Shown here piece by piece: positions 1-13,926 of a stretch of 64,000 nt of DNA. The DNA is taken from positions 20,126,782 to 20,190,781 of the forward strand of contig NC_085842.1 of the NCBI RefSeq assembly GCF_035594765.1, given 5' to 3'. The notes under the pieces were generated by a model that saw only the letters and a program-made list of their open reading frames with translations, was not told the DNA's origin and did no database searches. This stretch comes from Anolis carolinensis. Its lineage: Eukaryota. The position numbers and the translations under genes were made by a program. Within the stretch, counting starts at the first letter, position 1, and every line of letters begins with the position of its first letter.

Positions 1-2
1 GT

Positions 3-1154
3 CCTGAAATTAAAGAACTGGATATCATGAAGTGTAAGAAACTATCCCCAGATTCCCTCCTTCACTTGGTCTATGACCCTGTTGCAGGATCATACTGTTG
101 CCAGTCATTGCAGACGCTCAAAGCTGATGGACTGATGCCCACCACTGATGCGCAGAGCTTGCTTTCGGTTCTGGTCTTTGTGCTTCTAGCATTGCCCAGG
201 CTGACATATTTGTATCATAAGTTTGTTCCACAGGCTGTATGTCTCATCTATGACCAGGAATTTCCTGGTGCCCGGATGCCTGCTGAGTTTCCATCCCTAG
301 AGGAAGTTGCACAATACAGGACATCTACTCACCCAAATGAGGGAAGTGGCAGATTCACACTTCCACTCAGAGAAATTGAATTAGTTCCGTCTTCCTTGTT
401 GCCTAAGATTGGTGCTGTGTGCCCTCACCTCTCGGTAATCTCCATGACTCTTAGAGATAGCTGGGACTTGGATCAGTATGTCTTGCCATGGCGCAATCTT
501 ACCTTTCTCAATCTTGGTACCGATGAAAGGATGGACTTGAAGGAGCTTTTACCTGTGACAGCTAACATTGGGACCCAGCTTAAATGTCTTTCACTTCGAG
601 GATTTATCTTTAAAGATGAGCTGACCTTCCACACTTTGCTGAGCCAGTGCCCAAATCTCCTGAAATTTCAATTCCTCTTCCCCTCTCCCGGGAGGAATGG
701 TTGTCAGAGTCAGCCATGGAATGAAGCCAGAGCACGAAACTTGCGCTTCCCTCCTCTCCAATTTCCTGACCTTGTTAACTTTTTCCTGATGTACCATGAG
801 TTTGGTACTCCACTGCCTTCCCTATATAAAGTGGTTTTGGGAAATATCCTGGAATCAGTGTTCAAATATTCCCCATGCCTGGAGATCTTGCATCTTTTTT
901 TCCTGCCATTCCCTCTGGATGAGGCATTTCAGAAAGCACTAAAACCACCTAGTACTGCCCTGCAAAGTCTTCAGGAGCTTGAACTGGTTCGGGCTCGGAT
1001 ATCAATTCGTACCATCGGTTTGCTGGTTTTCTCTGAGAATCAGCTGTGTATACTCTCCTTGAAGAAATGTTTCCACATAAGGCGGGCAGACTGCAATGAG
1101 CTCCTCCAAAGAGTCAAGGAGGAGAACTTGCAAGTAATTATTATGCAGGAATGA
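3..1154 (+). CDS. RNI-like/AMN1-type leucine-rich-repeat protein, 3' part (frame open from window start)
   Basis: Frame open from nt 3 (PEIKELDIMKCKKLS...) to TGA at 1154. Cys-containing LRR-like motifs (LKCLSLRGF, CPNLLKFQF, LQELELVR, LCILSLKKC). AATAAA at 1234-1239. Confidence 0.7.
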   Translation, partial: PEIKELDIMKCKKLSPDSLLHLVYDPVAGSYCCQSLQTLKADGLMPTTDAQSLLSVLVFVLLALPRLTYLYHKFVPQAVCLIYDQEFPGARMPAEFPSLEEVAQYRTSTHPNEGSGRFTLPLREIELVPSSLLPKIGAVCPHLSVISMTLRDSWDLDQYVLPWRNLTFLNLGTDERMDLKELLPVTANIGTQLKCLSLRGFIFKDELTFHTLLSQCPNLLKFQFLFPSPGRNGCQSQPWNEARARNLRFPPLQFPDLVNFFLMYHEFGTPLPSLYKVVLGNILESVFKYSPCLEILHLFFLPFPLDEAFQKALKPPSTALQSLQELELVRARISIRTIGLLVFSENQLCILSLKKCFHIRRADCNELLQRVKEENLQVIIMQE

Positions 1155-1636
1155 AAAAAAAACCCAACCCTCTCCACTTGCTCGGAATGGCAGTTCCATT
1201 GCTCATAGGGCCAGGACAGTATGTTTATTGTTTAATAAACCTTATGTTATATTACTCAAACTTTTGTCTCTGGATTCTGTTGTGATAAAAACACAGGAAG
1301 AATTGGGTGTTCTAGAGGGACTGGAACATTTGAGGGACAAAATGGGTATGTTAGGTACTCTCACCTAGATTCTTACCATCTGCTCCCCCGACATTAAAAC
1401 AGGAAGAAAATCATGGCAAGTTCCTTTGGTCTACCACCTTATTCTGTTCATAAGTAGCACTACTCCCACCCCTAATAAACAAGGATTTTTTGGTTAGGGA
1501 TTTAATAATTTTCCAATGGCTCCCAGGCCTCCCTCTCCCCTCTACAAACTATATGTTATTCCACTTTAATTCCTATAAATCTGTTTTAAATGTCCTGTTT
1601 TACTTCTGGGCGGTGATGGGATGACATCTTGCTCAT

Positions 1637-2575
1637 GTGTCATCAACTTATAAATACAAAGAAGGTGACTTGCTTTTGTTCACTGGTGCTCTTTTTGTTC
1701 CTTGTCATAGAATTTTATCTTTGCTGAATCTCAGCGGCTGTACCCAGATCCCTGCAGATGCTCTAGTTGAAAATTTTGCCACAAAACTAGACCTCTCAAA
1801 GACTCAGTGCAATACAGAAGTATTATCAGCTGTGGGCTCCTGCTGTTGCGGGCTTCATGAGCTTGACATCTCTGTGTGTGAGGAGGTGACCCAGGAATCA
1901 CTGCTTCATCTCATCTGTGATCCTGCCACTGGTGCTCTCTGTTGCCAAGAATTGCAAACCCTTCAGCTTTGTACCCTAAAGTCCACCACTAATGAACATG
2001 AGTTGGTTTGGGTCTTGGTCTTTGTGCTGTTTGCATTGCCCAGCCTGAAGTACCTGATTCACGATTCAGTGGTAGAAGCTGTGTGTCTGATCTACTACCA
2101 GCACTTGAGCAGTACCCTCATAATCCCTGGGTTTCTTTTTCTGGCAGAGTTAGCAAGATTCAGGGTGCCTGGCTGTATGAATGAGGGTGGTTCTAGCCTC
2201 TCACTAGTTATCAAGGAAGTCTCTGCACTGGATGAGTATTCCTGGCCTATGGCTTGTACTGTGTGCCCCCACTTGGAAGAAGTATCATTGTTCCTAAGAG
2301 ACAGTCCTGATTTGGGTCAGAGTTTCACATCATGGGGCTCTCTTGTTCATCCCACTATCAAATGCAAGGAAAGGAGGGCCTTGAAGGAGCTTTGGCCTGT
2401 GACAGGAAACCTTGGGGGCCAGCTTCGTATTCTTGCCATCAAAGGATTCTCCTTGGATAATGAGGTGTTGGAGGATAAGAGCTTGTCCTGTGTAGCGCAG
2501 GTTTCAAGAGGATTCGCACCAAGCAGGGAGTGGCTGCGAATTAGGACCAGGCTTTCCTCTTACTTACTTACTTAG
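1637..2575 (+). pseudogene. Paralog of the upstream LRR protein, truncated; probable pseudogene
   Basis: LHELDISVCEEVTQESLLHLICDPATGALCCQELQTL aligns with ELDIMKCKKLSPDSLLHLVYDPVAGSYCCQSLQTL. Similarity stops near nt 2465, so roughly the C-terminal half of the upstream ORF is missing. The stop codon lies in an RTE tail. Confidence 0.55.
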
Positions 2576-2795
2576 GTGATCCCTCGTACCTCAAGGATGA
2601 TGGTCCTCCAATTGTAGTGTCTTGGCAGTGGATGCGTAGGTGTCTGTAGAGGCCTATTCTTGACCCACATGTTTTTCCGCAGTGAGGACATTGGTTTCCA
2701 GGTGAAAGGTGGGCCAAGTCAGGGTTGGCTGATCATGCCTTCCTCTTGGCATGTTTCTTCCTTAAGCCCTCCATTCGTGCCTCTTCGTGCCACTG
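2559..2795 (-). mobile_element. RTE-clade LINE 3' fragment
   Basis: (CTTA)n = antisense (TAAG)n tail, followed by sequence similar to the RTE 3' end at 33068-33290; encodes EGLRKKHAKRK. Confidence 0.7.
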
Positions 2796-2833
2796 TAAAA
2801 TTAATGCAATTTGACACCACTTTAACTCCCTAT

Positions 2834-3130
2834 CAGGGCCGGTCCAACGTGGAAGCGGATTAAGCCGCCACGTTGAGCGCACGTCAAGGGGGGCACTGTT
2901 GAGGCCTCGACAGCGCCCCCGTGTAAATTTAGCACCGGTGTTCGTCCAGGTGCCGCCGCCGGGGACCATCGCTCGCCAAAAGGCCGAACAAGGAAGGACA
3001 GGTTCCAGGAAAGCCTAGCTTTTCTAGGGAAGGTCTAGCTCTTCTAGAGAGACCTTGTATGTGTGTGTGTGGGGGGGGGGGGCAAAGATTTGGTTCGCCT
3101 ACCCCACAAAATTACCTAGGGCCGGCTCTG
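2834..3130. mobile_element. Degenerate non-autonomous hAT-like DNA element
   Basis: Imperfect TIRs CAGGGCCGGTCC / GGGCCGGCTCTG around a GC-rich core; no TSD recognisable. Confidence 0.4.
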
Positions 3131-3235
3131 TGTAAGGGAAATGTCTCATCTTGGAAACAAACACAAAAATAGCCCAGCGAGGGTTGAACATGCTCAGTAG
3201 GCTCACTATGGCACCTGTTTGGGGAGAGGGGCGAC

Positions 3236-3485
3236 ATTTATTTATTTATTTACAGCATTTATATTCCGCCCTTCTCACCCCGAAGGGGACTCAGGGCGGA
3301 TCACATTTCACACATAAAGGCAAACATTCAATGCCATGACAGAGAACAGAGACAGAGACAAGACGCAGGCACCGGGCTGGCCTCGAACTCATGACCTCTT
3401 GGCCAGAGTGATTTGTTGATTTGTTGCAGCTGGATTGCTTTCCAGCCTGCGCCACAGCCTGGCCCTTTCCAGCCTGCGCCACAGC
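3236..3485 (-). mobile_element. tRNA-derived SINE with L2-like tail (Anolis SINE2-type), short variant
   Basis: (TTTA)n tail, CCGCCCTGAGTCCCC tail motif and B-box GAGTTCGAGGCC on the minus strand; related to 7428, 17149, 23990 and 46104. Confidence 0.75.
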
Positions 3486-3644
3486 ATGGAATAAGCTTTA
3501 AAAAGTACACTTCGTACTTTCTGAATACCCTTCAACTGGGGCCCTTTCACACACACATTTCAAAAATGGAACAAAACATAGCTTGGAAGTTCTGGAGAGA
3601 ATGAAGCAATCACTTGAAAGGTTCTGATCCATTTAGAACTATTT

Positions 3645-3960
3645 TGTGATGGCAGTGTAAGACAATTACCTTCAAAGGGTACTGGCTCAGGAGTGAAATC
3701 AGGCAGAGAAACTCAGTCTTGTGAGAGATGCAAAAAGCAAAGTTTATTTTCACCACAGCTGTGAGAAGGCGGGACACCCGTACATATCCCAGAGGGCTGT
3801 ATAATGCAAATGGCTGCTGCAAGGGCATGTCGCAGCAAACAAAGAATTTATACCTTTCGCTTATCTAAAATTGACCAATGGCTGAGGGTCTTCCTCACCT
3901 TTCACAGCCACTTGGCATTAATCATACCTGTGACCTCACTTGTTAATTTCAAGCTAACTT
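3645..3960 (-). mobile_element. Possible solo LTR remnant
   Basis: On the minus strand: CCAAT-type box (3875-3879), TATAAA (3847-3852), AATAAA (3743-3748) and a terminal ACA at 3645-3647. The other end and a TSD were not found. Confidence 0.25.
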
Positions 3961-4358
3961 TTGGTCTTGGAGCTTTCTGGAGAAAGGTACCAGCTCACAG
4001 GAAGGGAGGGGCATATATCTATATAGGCAAAGCTACATAGGCAATAGTTTATTATTTTCTGGCTTATGGTCCCTTCAGCAGAAAGTGAGGTCCTTGAAAA
4101 GATAGCTGTAGAGCAACAGGTTTGCATCTGACAAAAGAGGCTGAAGGTGTGCATCTGAGAAAAGCAGCTATCGAATGATGAGAGCTGTAGCTTTACATGG
4201 TCCTTAGTCATCTCTGCTAGAGTATGGTCCCTCACCAAACTACAAATCCCAAAGCTCCATATCATAGACATGTTAAACTACATTAATTCTACAGTATAGT
4301 TGCGCCCCAAGACATCTTATGTGCACAAGGATACTGTATATACTCATATATAAGTAAA

Positions 4359-4510
4359 TTAGCTATGCCCGGCCACGCGTTGCTGTGGCGAAGTATGGTG
4401 GTATGGGAAATAAAGTATTGAGGTATTGGTGGTAGTTAAGGTAAAGGGTAAAGGTTTTCCCCTGACGGAGCTTCGCCTTCTAACTGGCAGCAATTGGATA
4501 AAAACAATTA
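4359..4510 (-). mobile_element. Deleted Helitron remnant (3' hairpin end)
   Basis: Same terminus as 24401 and 61402 (AGCTATGCCCGGCCACGCGTTGCTGTGGC), fused to internal pieces of the larger copies. Confidence 0.7.
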
Positions 4511-4815
4511 CAGTAGAGTCTCACTTATCCAACATAAACAGGCCAGCAGAATGTTGGATAAGCGAATATGTTGGATAATAAGGATAATAAGGAGGGGTTA
4601 AGGAAAAGCCTATTAAACTTCAAATTAGGTTATGATTTTACAAATTAAGCAACAAAACATCATGTTATACAACACATTTGACAGAAAAAGTAGTTCAATA
4701 CATAGTAATGCTATGTAGTATTTACTGTATTTACGAATTTAGCACCAAAATATCACAACATATTGAAAACATTGACTACAAAAATGCGTTGGATTATCCA
4801 GAACGTTGGATAAGC
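4511..4815. mobile_element. Tc1/mariner-superfamily MITE, right TIR truncated
   Basis: TA + CAGTAGAGTCTCACTTATCCAAC start; body matches 14766-15088. Confidence 0.8.
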
Positions 4816-4820
4816 TGCAC

Positions 4821-4893
4821 GGCCTCTGAGGATGCCTGCCATAGATGTGGGCGAAATGTCAGGAGAGAATACTTCTGGAACGTGGCCATACAG
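4821..4893 (+). mobile_element. Penelope-like fragment with hammerhead ribozyme core
   Basis: CCT-CTGAGGA-T-GCCTGC/GTGGGC-GAAA-TG-TC-AGG; homologous to 16045-16170. Confidence 0.6.
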
Positions 4894-4938
4894 TCCTCCA
4901 GTTTTCCTTCAATGATTTCCACTTTGTTCCTTCTGAGT

Positions 4939-7154
<2,216 letters not shown>

Positions 7155-7427
7155 CAATAGTGGGAATTTACAAATCGTTTTGATATTTTATTTCTACTTT
7201 ACACCATTAAAACATAGTTATTTCGATGTGCATTCGAATAAATAGTTCCGGTTAGTTATTAGTTGCCACAACTACTGCACTTTATCACACTCCACTCTTA
7301 TTGATTGAACTCTGTAATGAGATCCTTCCAGTCTGCTGAATTTTAACTTATAGTTTGTATATTTGTTCAGATTCTAATGTTTTAATGTTGATGTTTTATG
7401 CTGGTTTGTATGTTTATACTATTTTAC

Positions 7428-7825
7428 CGGGCTGTGGCGCAGGCTGATGAGCAGCCTGCTGCAATAAATCATTCTGACCATGAGGTCATGAGTTCGAGGC
7501 CAGTCCCTGGCGGGGGGAGCAGCCATCAATTAAAAAATAAAAAATAGCCCTTGCTGTTGCTGACCTAGCAACCCAAAAGATAGTTGCATCTATCAAGTAG
7601 GAAATAAGGTACCACTTATAAAGTGGGGAGGCAAATTTAACTAATTTACGACATTGGAATGAGGAAATGCGGTCACAGTGGATGAAGCAGCTGCTCCCCC
7701 CTGTGGCCAGAATCAAACATCCCCTCAGGAGAAGGTTAAATTGCCTCTGGGTCTGTCTCTGTCTGTGCATATGGGCATTGAATGTTTGCCCTATATGTAT
7801 ATAATGTGATCCGCCCTGAGTCCCC
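7428..7825 (+). mobile_element. Anolis SINE2-type tRNA SINE, long variant
   Basis: GGGCTGTGGCGCAG head, B-box, body matches the reverse complement of 46104-46566. Confidence 0.8.
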
Positions 7826-7839
7826 TATATAAATTTTAT

Positions 7840-7970
7840 ATTGGTTTAATTATGTTGTATTTTATTGTATGTTGAAACTGGGCTTGTCCCCATGTGAGCC
7901 GCCCCGAGTCCCCTCTGGGGAAATGGGAGCGGGATATAAAAATAAAGTTGTTGTTATTATTATTATTATT
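7840..7970 (+). mobile_element. L2-like 3' end with (TTA)n tail
   Basis: GTGAGCCGCCCCGAGTCCCC...GGGATATAAAAATAAAG followed by (TTA)n. Confidence 0.5.
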
Positions 7971-8358
7971 TTCCTTGGACGAGGCTTTAAATCTTGCGAT
8001 TATATTGGGAGGCGTCTATTTTGTTTTAGGCCTCATGGAGAGGCAGAAGACTAGTACACCTTTATATATATTCTCGCCTAGATATTGAACACCAACTTCA
8101 GCCTGTGGAAATTGTGTGTGATGGGTTATAATATGTTTATTTAAGTTCAATTATGTATTGTTTTTATTTAGTTTAATAAGTTTATTTTGAGATTGTTTTA
8201 TCCACTGTTTTGATTTGTCTGTTTTTGGCACTGAATATTTGTCATTTTGTTACTTTTGTTGGAAACTCATAGAATCATAGAATCATAGAATAGTAGAGTT
8301 GGAAGAGACCTCAAGGGCCATCTAGTCCAACCCCCCGCTAAGAAGCAGGAAATCGCAT

Positions 8359-11094
8359 TCAAAGCACCCCCGACAGATGGCCATCCAGCCTCTGCTTAAA
8401 AGCCTCCAAAGAAGGAGCCTCCACCACGGCCCGGGGGAGAGAGTTCCACTGTCGAACAGCTCTCACAGTGAGGAAGTTCTTCCTGATGTTCAGGTGGAAT
8501 CTCCTTTCCTGTAGTTTGAAGCCATTGTTCCGTGTCCTAGTCTGCAGGGCAGCAGAAAATAAGCTTGCTCCCTCCTCCCTATGACTTCCCCTCACATATT
8601 TGTACATGGCTATCATGTCTCCTCTCAGCCTTCTCTTCTGCAGGCTAAACATGCCCAGCTCTTTAAGCCTCTCCTCATAGGGCTTGTTCTCCAGACCCTT
8701 AATCATTTTAGTTGCCCTCCTCTGGACGCTTTCCAGCTTGTCAGCATCTCCCTTCATCTGCGGTGCCCAAAACTGGACACAGTATTCCAGGTGTGGTCTG
8801 ACCAAGGCAGAATAGAGGGGGAGCATAACTTCCCTGGATCTAGACGTTATTCCCCTATTGATGCAGGCCAAAATCCCATTGGCTTTTTTAGCTGCCGCAT
8901 CACATTGTAGGCTCATGTTTAACTTGTTGTCCACGAGGACTCCAAGATCTTTTTCGCACACACTGCTGTCAAGCCAGGCGTCCCCCATTCTGTATCTTTG
9001 ATTTCCATTTTTTCTGCCGAAGTGAAGTATCTTGCATTTGTCCCTGTTGAACTTCATTTTGTTAGTTTCGGCCCATCTCTCTAGTCTGTCAAGATCGTTT
9101 TGAATTCTGCTCCTGTCTTCTGGAGTGTTAGCTATCCCTCCGAGTTTGGTGTCATCTGCAAACTTGATGATCGTGCCTTCTAACCCTTCGTCTAAGTCGT
9201 TAATAAAGATGTTGAACAGAACCGGGCCCAGGACGGAGCCCTGCGGCACTCCACTTGTCACTTCTTTCCATGATGAAGACGACGCATTGGTGAGCACCCT
9301 TTGGGTTCGTTCGCTTAGCCAATTACAGATCCACCTAACCGTAGTTTTGTCTAGCCCACATTTTACTAGTTTGTTTGCCAGAAGGTCGTGGGGGACTTTG
9401 TCGAAGGCCTTACTGAAATCTAGATATGCTACATCCACGGCATTCCCTGTATCGACCCAACTCGTAACTCTATCGAAAAAAGAGATCAGATTAGTCTGGC
9501 ATGACTTGTTTTTGGTAAATCCGTGTTGACTATTAGCAATGACCGCATTTGTTTCTAAGTGTTTGCAGACCACTTCCTTAATGATCTTTTCCAGAATCTT
9601 GCCTGGTATTGATGTGAGGCTGACCGGACGGTAATTGTTTGGGTCGTTCTTTTTTCCCTTCTTGAAGATAGGGACCACATTCGCCCTCCTCCAATCTGCT
9701 GGGACTTCTCCTGTTCTCCAAGAACTCTCGAAGATGATTGCCAGTGGTTCTGAAATAACTTCCGCTAGTTCCTTCAATACTCTTGGATGTAGCTGATCTG
9801 GCCCTGGGGACTTGAATTCGTTTAGAGTGGCCAGGTGTTCCTGGACAACTTGTTTCCCTATTTGGGGTTGGATTTCCCCCAATCCTTCGTCCATTCCATG
9901 TTGCTGAGGTTGAAGATGGCTTTCTTTTTGTGAGAAGACCGAGGCAAAGAAGGCATTAAGCAGTTCTGCCTTTTCCCTATCCCCTGTCACCATCACCCCA
10001 TCTACTCCTTGCAGTGGCCCTATCGCCTCCTTTTTCTTCCTTTTTCTACCAACATAAGCAAAAAAACCTTTTTTGTTGTTTTTTATGTCCCTGGCAAGCC
10101 TGAGCTCATTTTGCGCTTTAGCCTTGCGAACCTTTTCCCTACAGGAGTTGGCTATACGTTTGAATTCTTCTTTGGTGATTTCTCCCCTTTTCCACTTCTT
10201 GTGCATGTCACTTTTGAGCTTTAGCTCAGTTAGAAGTTCTTTGGACATCCATTCTGGCTTCTTTGCACTTGTCTTATTTTTCTTCTTTGTTGGCACTGTT
10301 TGCATTTGCGCCTTGAGTATTTCACTTTTGAAAAACTCCCATCCATCCTTAACTCCCTTGTTTTTTAATATCGGCGTCCATGGAATGCCGCTCAGTAATT
10401 CCTTCATTTTTTGGAAGTCAGCTCTCTTAAAGTCCAGAATGCGTGTTTGACTTGTCTTAGTTTCAGCATTCCTTTGTATTGCAAACTGCAGGAGCACATG
10501 GTCACTTGCCCCTAAGGATCCAACCACTTCAACTGTATTGATCAGGTCTTCCACATTTGTTAAGATTAGATCAAGAGTTGCTGATCCCCTTGTTGCCTCT
10601 TCTACCTTCTGGACCATAAAATTATCTGCAAGGCAAGTGAGGAATTTGTTGGACTTTGTACTCTTGGCTGAGTTTGTTTTCCAGCAGATATCGGGATAAT
10701 TGAAATCGCCCATGACTACTATATCTCTTCTTTGTGCCTGTTTGGTCAGCTGTTGACAGAAGGCTTCATCAAGTCCTTCATCCTGACTCGGAGGTCTGTA
10801 GTAGACACCCACGACAAGATCTTTTTGAGTCCCGGTTCCCTTGATTCTTATCCAGATGCTTTCAAGCTGGTTTCCCGGATTACAGTCTTGTATTTCTTCT
10901 GCAACGTAACTGTTTTTGACATATAAAGCTACTCCCCCTCCTCTCCCCTTTGTTCTATTTATGTGAAAGAGGTTATAGCCCTCAATGGTTAAATTCCAGT
11001 GATGGGAGTCATCCCACCAGGTTTCAGTGATGCCTATGACATCGTATGTGTGGTGCTGTGCTAGGAGTTGGAGTTCGTCTTGCTTATTTCCCAT
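8359..11094 (-). CDS. CR1 ORF2: APE endonuclease + reverse transcriptase (reading frame extends upstream past 11289)
   Basis: GITETWW, YYRPP, GDFN and SDH endonuclease motifs; [19 protein letters not shown] and FADD RT motifs; 911 aa from the first ATG. Confidence 0.95.
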   Translation of the reverse strand: MGNKQDELQLLAQHHTYDVIGITETWWDDSHHWNLTIEGYNLFHINRTKGRGGGVALYVKNSYVAEEIQDCNPGNQLESIWIRIKGTGTQKDLVVGVYYRPPSQDEGLDEAFCQQLTKQAQRRDIVVMGDFNYPDICWKTNSAKSTKSNKFLTCLADNFMVQKVEEATRGSATLDLILTNVEDLINTVEVVGSLGASDHVLLQFAIQRNAETKTSQTRILDFKRADFQKMKELLSGIPWTPILKNKGVKDGWEFFKSEILKAQMQTVPTKKKNKTSAKKPEWMSKELLTELKLKSDMHKKWKRGEITKEEFKRIANSCREKVRKAKAQNELRLARDIKNNKKGFFAYVGRKRKKKEAIGPLQGVDGVMVTGDREKAELLNAFFASVFSQKESHLQPQQHGMDEGLGEIQPQIGKQVVQEHLATLNEFKSPGPDQLHPRVLKELAEVISEPLAIIFESSWRTGEVPADWRRANVVPIFKKGKKNDPNNYRPVSLTSIPGKILEKIIKEVVCKHLETNAVIANSQHGFTKNKSCQTNLISFFDRVTSWVDTGNAVDVAYLDFSKAFDKVPHDLLANKLVKCGLDKTTVRWICNWLSERTQRVLTNASSSSWKEVTSGVPQGSVLGPVLFNIFINDLDEGLEGTIIKFADDTKLGGIANTPEDRSRIQNDLDRLERWAETNKMKFNRDKCKILHFGRKNGNQRYRMGDAWLDSSVCEKDLGVLVDNKLNMSLQCDAAAKKANGILACINRGITSRSREVMLPLYSALVRPHLEYCVQFWAPQMKGDADKLESVQRRATKMIKGLENKPYEERLKELGMFSLQKRRLRGDMIAMYKYVRGSHREEGASLFSAALQTRTRNNGFKLQERRFHLNIRKNFLTVRAVRQWNSLPRAVVEAPSLEAFKQRLDGHLSGVL

Positions 11095-11285
11095 GCTCTG
11101 AGCATTAGTGTAAAGACATGTAAGCCCCTGTGACCTCCCCTCGAACTGTTTATTTGGGATTATTGTGCTCTCTGTACTTGGTCCTTGCTGTGTTTGTGCA
11201 GCCCTCCGTTTAGCCTTACGGCGGTTCCCTGTGGTCGTGGGTAATATAGTGTTCGCCAGGCTGTTGTTCCCCTCCCCCAGTGGAT

Positions 11286-12557
11286 TTAGTTTAAAGTGCG
11301 CCTGATGAGGTTTGTGAGTCTGTGTGCAAAAAGATGTTTTCCTACTTGTGTGAGATGCACCCCATCGCTTGCCAGTAGTCCATCCTCTTGGAAGAGTAGA
11401 CCATGGTCAAGGAAGCCAAAATGCTCCTCTTGACACCATTTTCTGAGCCAGTTATTGACCTGTACTATTTTTCCGGCCCTTGTAGAGCCATGTCCTACAA
11501 CGGGGAGGAGGGATGAAAAGATCACATGTACATTATACAGTTTTAGCTTTGTTCCCAGAGCTCGAAAATCATTTGTGATCTTTTGAAAAGTATGCCTAGC
11601 GGTGTCATTGGTACCTACATGAATCAACATAAGGTGGGGAGGGTGATGGGGCTTTAGGAGCCTGCTGAGCCTCTGAGTGATATGGTGTATTTTTGCCCCC
11701 GGGAGGCAGCATGTTTCTCGAGCCATCCCATCCGGTCTGGAAATGATGGCTTCCGTTCCTCTAAGGAGGGAGTCACCTACTACCAAGACCTGTTTCCTTT
11801 GAGGATTGACAGGGTCCCTTTTGTGCAAGACAGTGTGTATGTCCCCTGAAGAGTGTTCCTGTTGAAGTGAATCATGTAGGTGTAAAGTGTTGTCCTCCTC
11901 CTCAACATCCCCAGTGCATTCATCAATGACAATCCATTGAGATACATCCGAGAGCCCATTACTCTCCCAAGGATGTTCCTGTTGCTCCTGGTCTATGATT
12001 GGGGATGGAGCATTTGCATGATTACATAAGTGTGACTGTGGTGATGCACTGTCCCTGTCAGGGCTATCCCCTGCGCATTGATCCAGGATGGTCCACTGAG
12101 TGGTATCTAAGAAACTGTGGCCCTCCACAAGATGTGTTTCCTGATTGTATGTTAATGATGTAAGAATTTCAAATCTGTTGTGTAAATGCAGCTGAGCAGA
12201 GGAGTTCTGTGGAGGCTGCCTGGTCCTGCGTCTCCTTCTATGGGTGACCTCCTTCCAAGCCTGAGGGTTGTCTACCTTTGAGTTGATCTCCCCATAAGGT
12301 TCCTGATCATGGTCTTGGTGGTGTTGGTGTGATGCAGGCTGCTGATCTACAGCAGCGTGTTGTGCAGTGTCCAAGAAGAGCTCGAGTGCCTGAATGTCCT
12401 TAAGGGTCTTAATACGGTGCTCGAGCTGTTGGATCCTCTGCTCCATCAGAGTCATCTGTTTGCATTTGGAGCAGATGTAGTTGTCTAGTTTTTGTGTGAA
12501 AAAGCGGAACATGCCACAGCTGGTGCATGTGATGGGAATGTTTTGCTTTTGTTGCAT
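11286..12557 (-). CDS. CR1 ORF1: zinc finger/coiled coil + SGNH (GDSL-like) esterase
   Basis: CTSC-x14-CSKC, heptad [16 protein letters not shown], and esterase blocks GDS, GTND and DGVH, as established for CR1 ORF1. Confidence 0.9.
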   Translation of the reverse strand: MQQKQNIPITCTSCGMFRFFTQKLDNYICSKCKQMTLMEQRIQQLEHRIKTLKDIQALELFLDTAQHAAVDQQPASHQHHQDHDQEPYGEINSKVDNPQAWKEVTHRRRRRTRQPPQNSSAQLHLHNRFEILTSLTYNQETHLVEGHSFLDTTQWTILDQCAGDSPDRDSASPQSHLCNHANAPSPIIDQEQQEHPWESNGLSDVSQWIVIDECTGDVEEEDNTLHLHDSLQQEHSSGDIHTVLHKRDPVNPQRKQVLVVGDSLLRGTEAIISRPDGMARETCCLPGAKIHHITQRLSRLLKPHHPPHLMLIHVGTNDTARHTFQKITNDFRALGTKLKLYNVHVIFSSLLPVVGHGSTRAGKIVQVNNWLRKWCQEEHFGFLDHGLLFQEDGLLASDGVHLTQVGKHLFAHRLTNLIRRTLN

Positions 12558-12708
12558 CTCTTGGTGAGCGTGGTGGCCAAGTGGGATCTTTGTACAGTTA
12601 AGTAATATGCACGAACTTTATGTGCAGACTGCAACAAACCACGTCTTTGTGTATTTGTTTATGTTGCTTTGTTTCCTGTATGTACTGCAAAGGATAGTTA
12701 GTAAAGGT

Positions 12709-13868
12709 GCCAAGCCCAAACTCAGTTTAAAATCTTAGCCAAATCTTAGCCAAATCCTACCTGAAGCCAGGGAGCAAAAATGTCCTCCTGCTTCCTCTGC
12801 TTCTGCGAGAACCAACTGCCCTTCTGGGATCAGGCTCTGGCAGAAACTCACACTGGCAAATAAAGCTTTCCCAGAAACTCAATTAACAGGGGACAATGCC
12901 TGCTGTCAATCAACTTAAGTACCTGGCTCTCTTTCAACACAACAGTCACACAACAGTTAGACTTTGACCACAGGAGCCAAGCCCAAACTCAGTTTAAAAT
13001 CTTAGCCAAATCTTAGCCAAATCCTACCTGAAGCCAGGGAGCAAAAATGTCCTCCTGCTTCCTCTGCTTCTGCGAGAACCAACTGCCCTTCTGGGATCAG
13101 GCTCTGGCAGAAACTCACACTGGCAAATAAAGCTTTCCCAGAAACTCAATTAACAGGGGACAATGCCTGCTGTCAATCAACTTAAGTACCTAGCTCTCTT
13201 TCAACACAACAGTCACACAACAGTTAGACTTTGACCACAGGAGCCAAGCCCAAACTCAGTTTAAAATCTTAGCCAAATCTTAGCCAAATCCTACCTGAAG
13301 CCAGGGAGCAAAAATGTCCTCCTGCTTCCTCTGCTTCTGCGAGAACCAACTGCCCTTCTGGGATCAGGCTCTGGCAGAAACTCACACTGGCAAATAAAGC
13401 TTTCCCAGAAACTCAATTAACAGGGGACAATGCCTGCTGTCAATCAACTTAAGTACCTGGCTCTCTTTCAACACAACAGTCACACAACAGTTAGACTTTG
13501 ACCACAGGAGCCAAGCCCAAACTCAGTTTAAAATCTTAGCCAAATCTTAGCCAAATCCTACCTGAAGCCAGGGAGCAAAAATGTCCTCCTGCTTCCTCTG
13601 CTTCTGCGAGAACCAACTGCCCTTCTGGGATCAGGCTCTGGCAGAAACTCACACTGGCAAATAAAGCTTTCCCAGAAACTCAATTAACAGGGGACAATGC
13701 CTGCTGTCAATCAACTTAAGTACCTGGCTCTCTTTCAACACAACAGTCACACAACAGTTAGACTTTGACCACAGGAGCCAAGCCCAAACTCAGTTTAAAA
13801 TCTTAGCCAAATCTTAGCCAAATCCTACCTGAAGCCAGGGAGCAAAAATGTCCTCCTGCTTCCTCTGC
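12709..13868 (-). repeat. 267-bp tandem monomers in the CR1 5' UTR (4 full + 92 bp)
   Basis: Unit starts at 12709, 12976, 13243, 13510 and 13777; only one substitution seen among them. Confidence 0.95.
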
Positions 13869-13926
13869 CCTGAGTCCCCCCCGGGGAGATAGAGCGGGGT
13901 ACAAATAAAGTATGTTTATGTTCAGC

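Larger units (their letters stand above)
8267..13868 (-). mobile_element. Full-length, apparently intact CR1 LINE (~5.6 kb)
   Basis: (TTCTATGA)n tail at ~8267-8290, two uninterrupted ORFs and a tandem-repeat 5' UTR. It splits an L2-type tail motif (GGAAAC | GCCCTGAGTCCCC). Confidence 0.95.
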
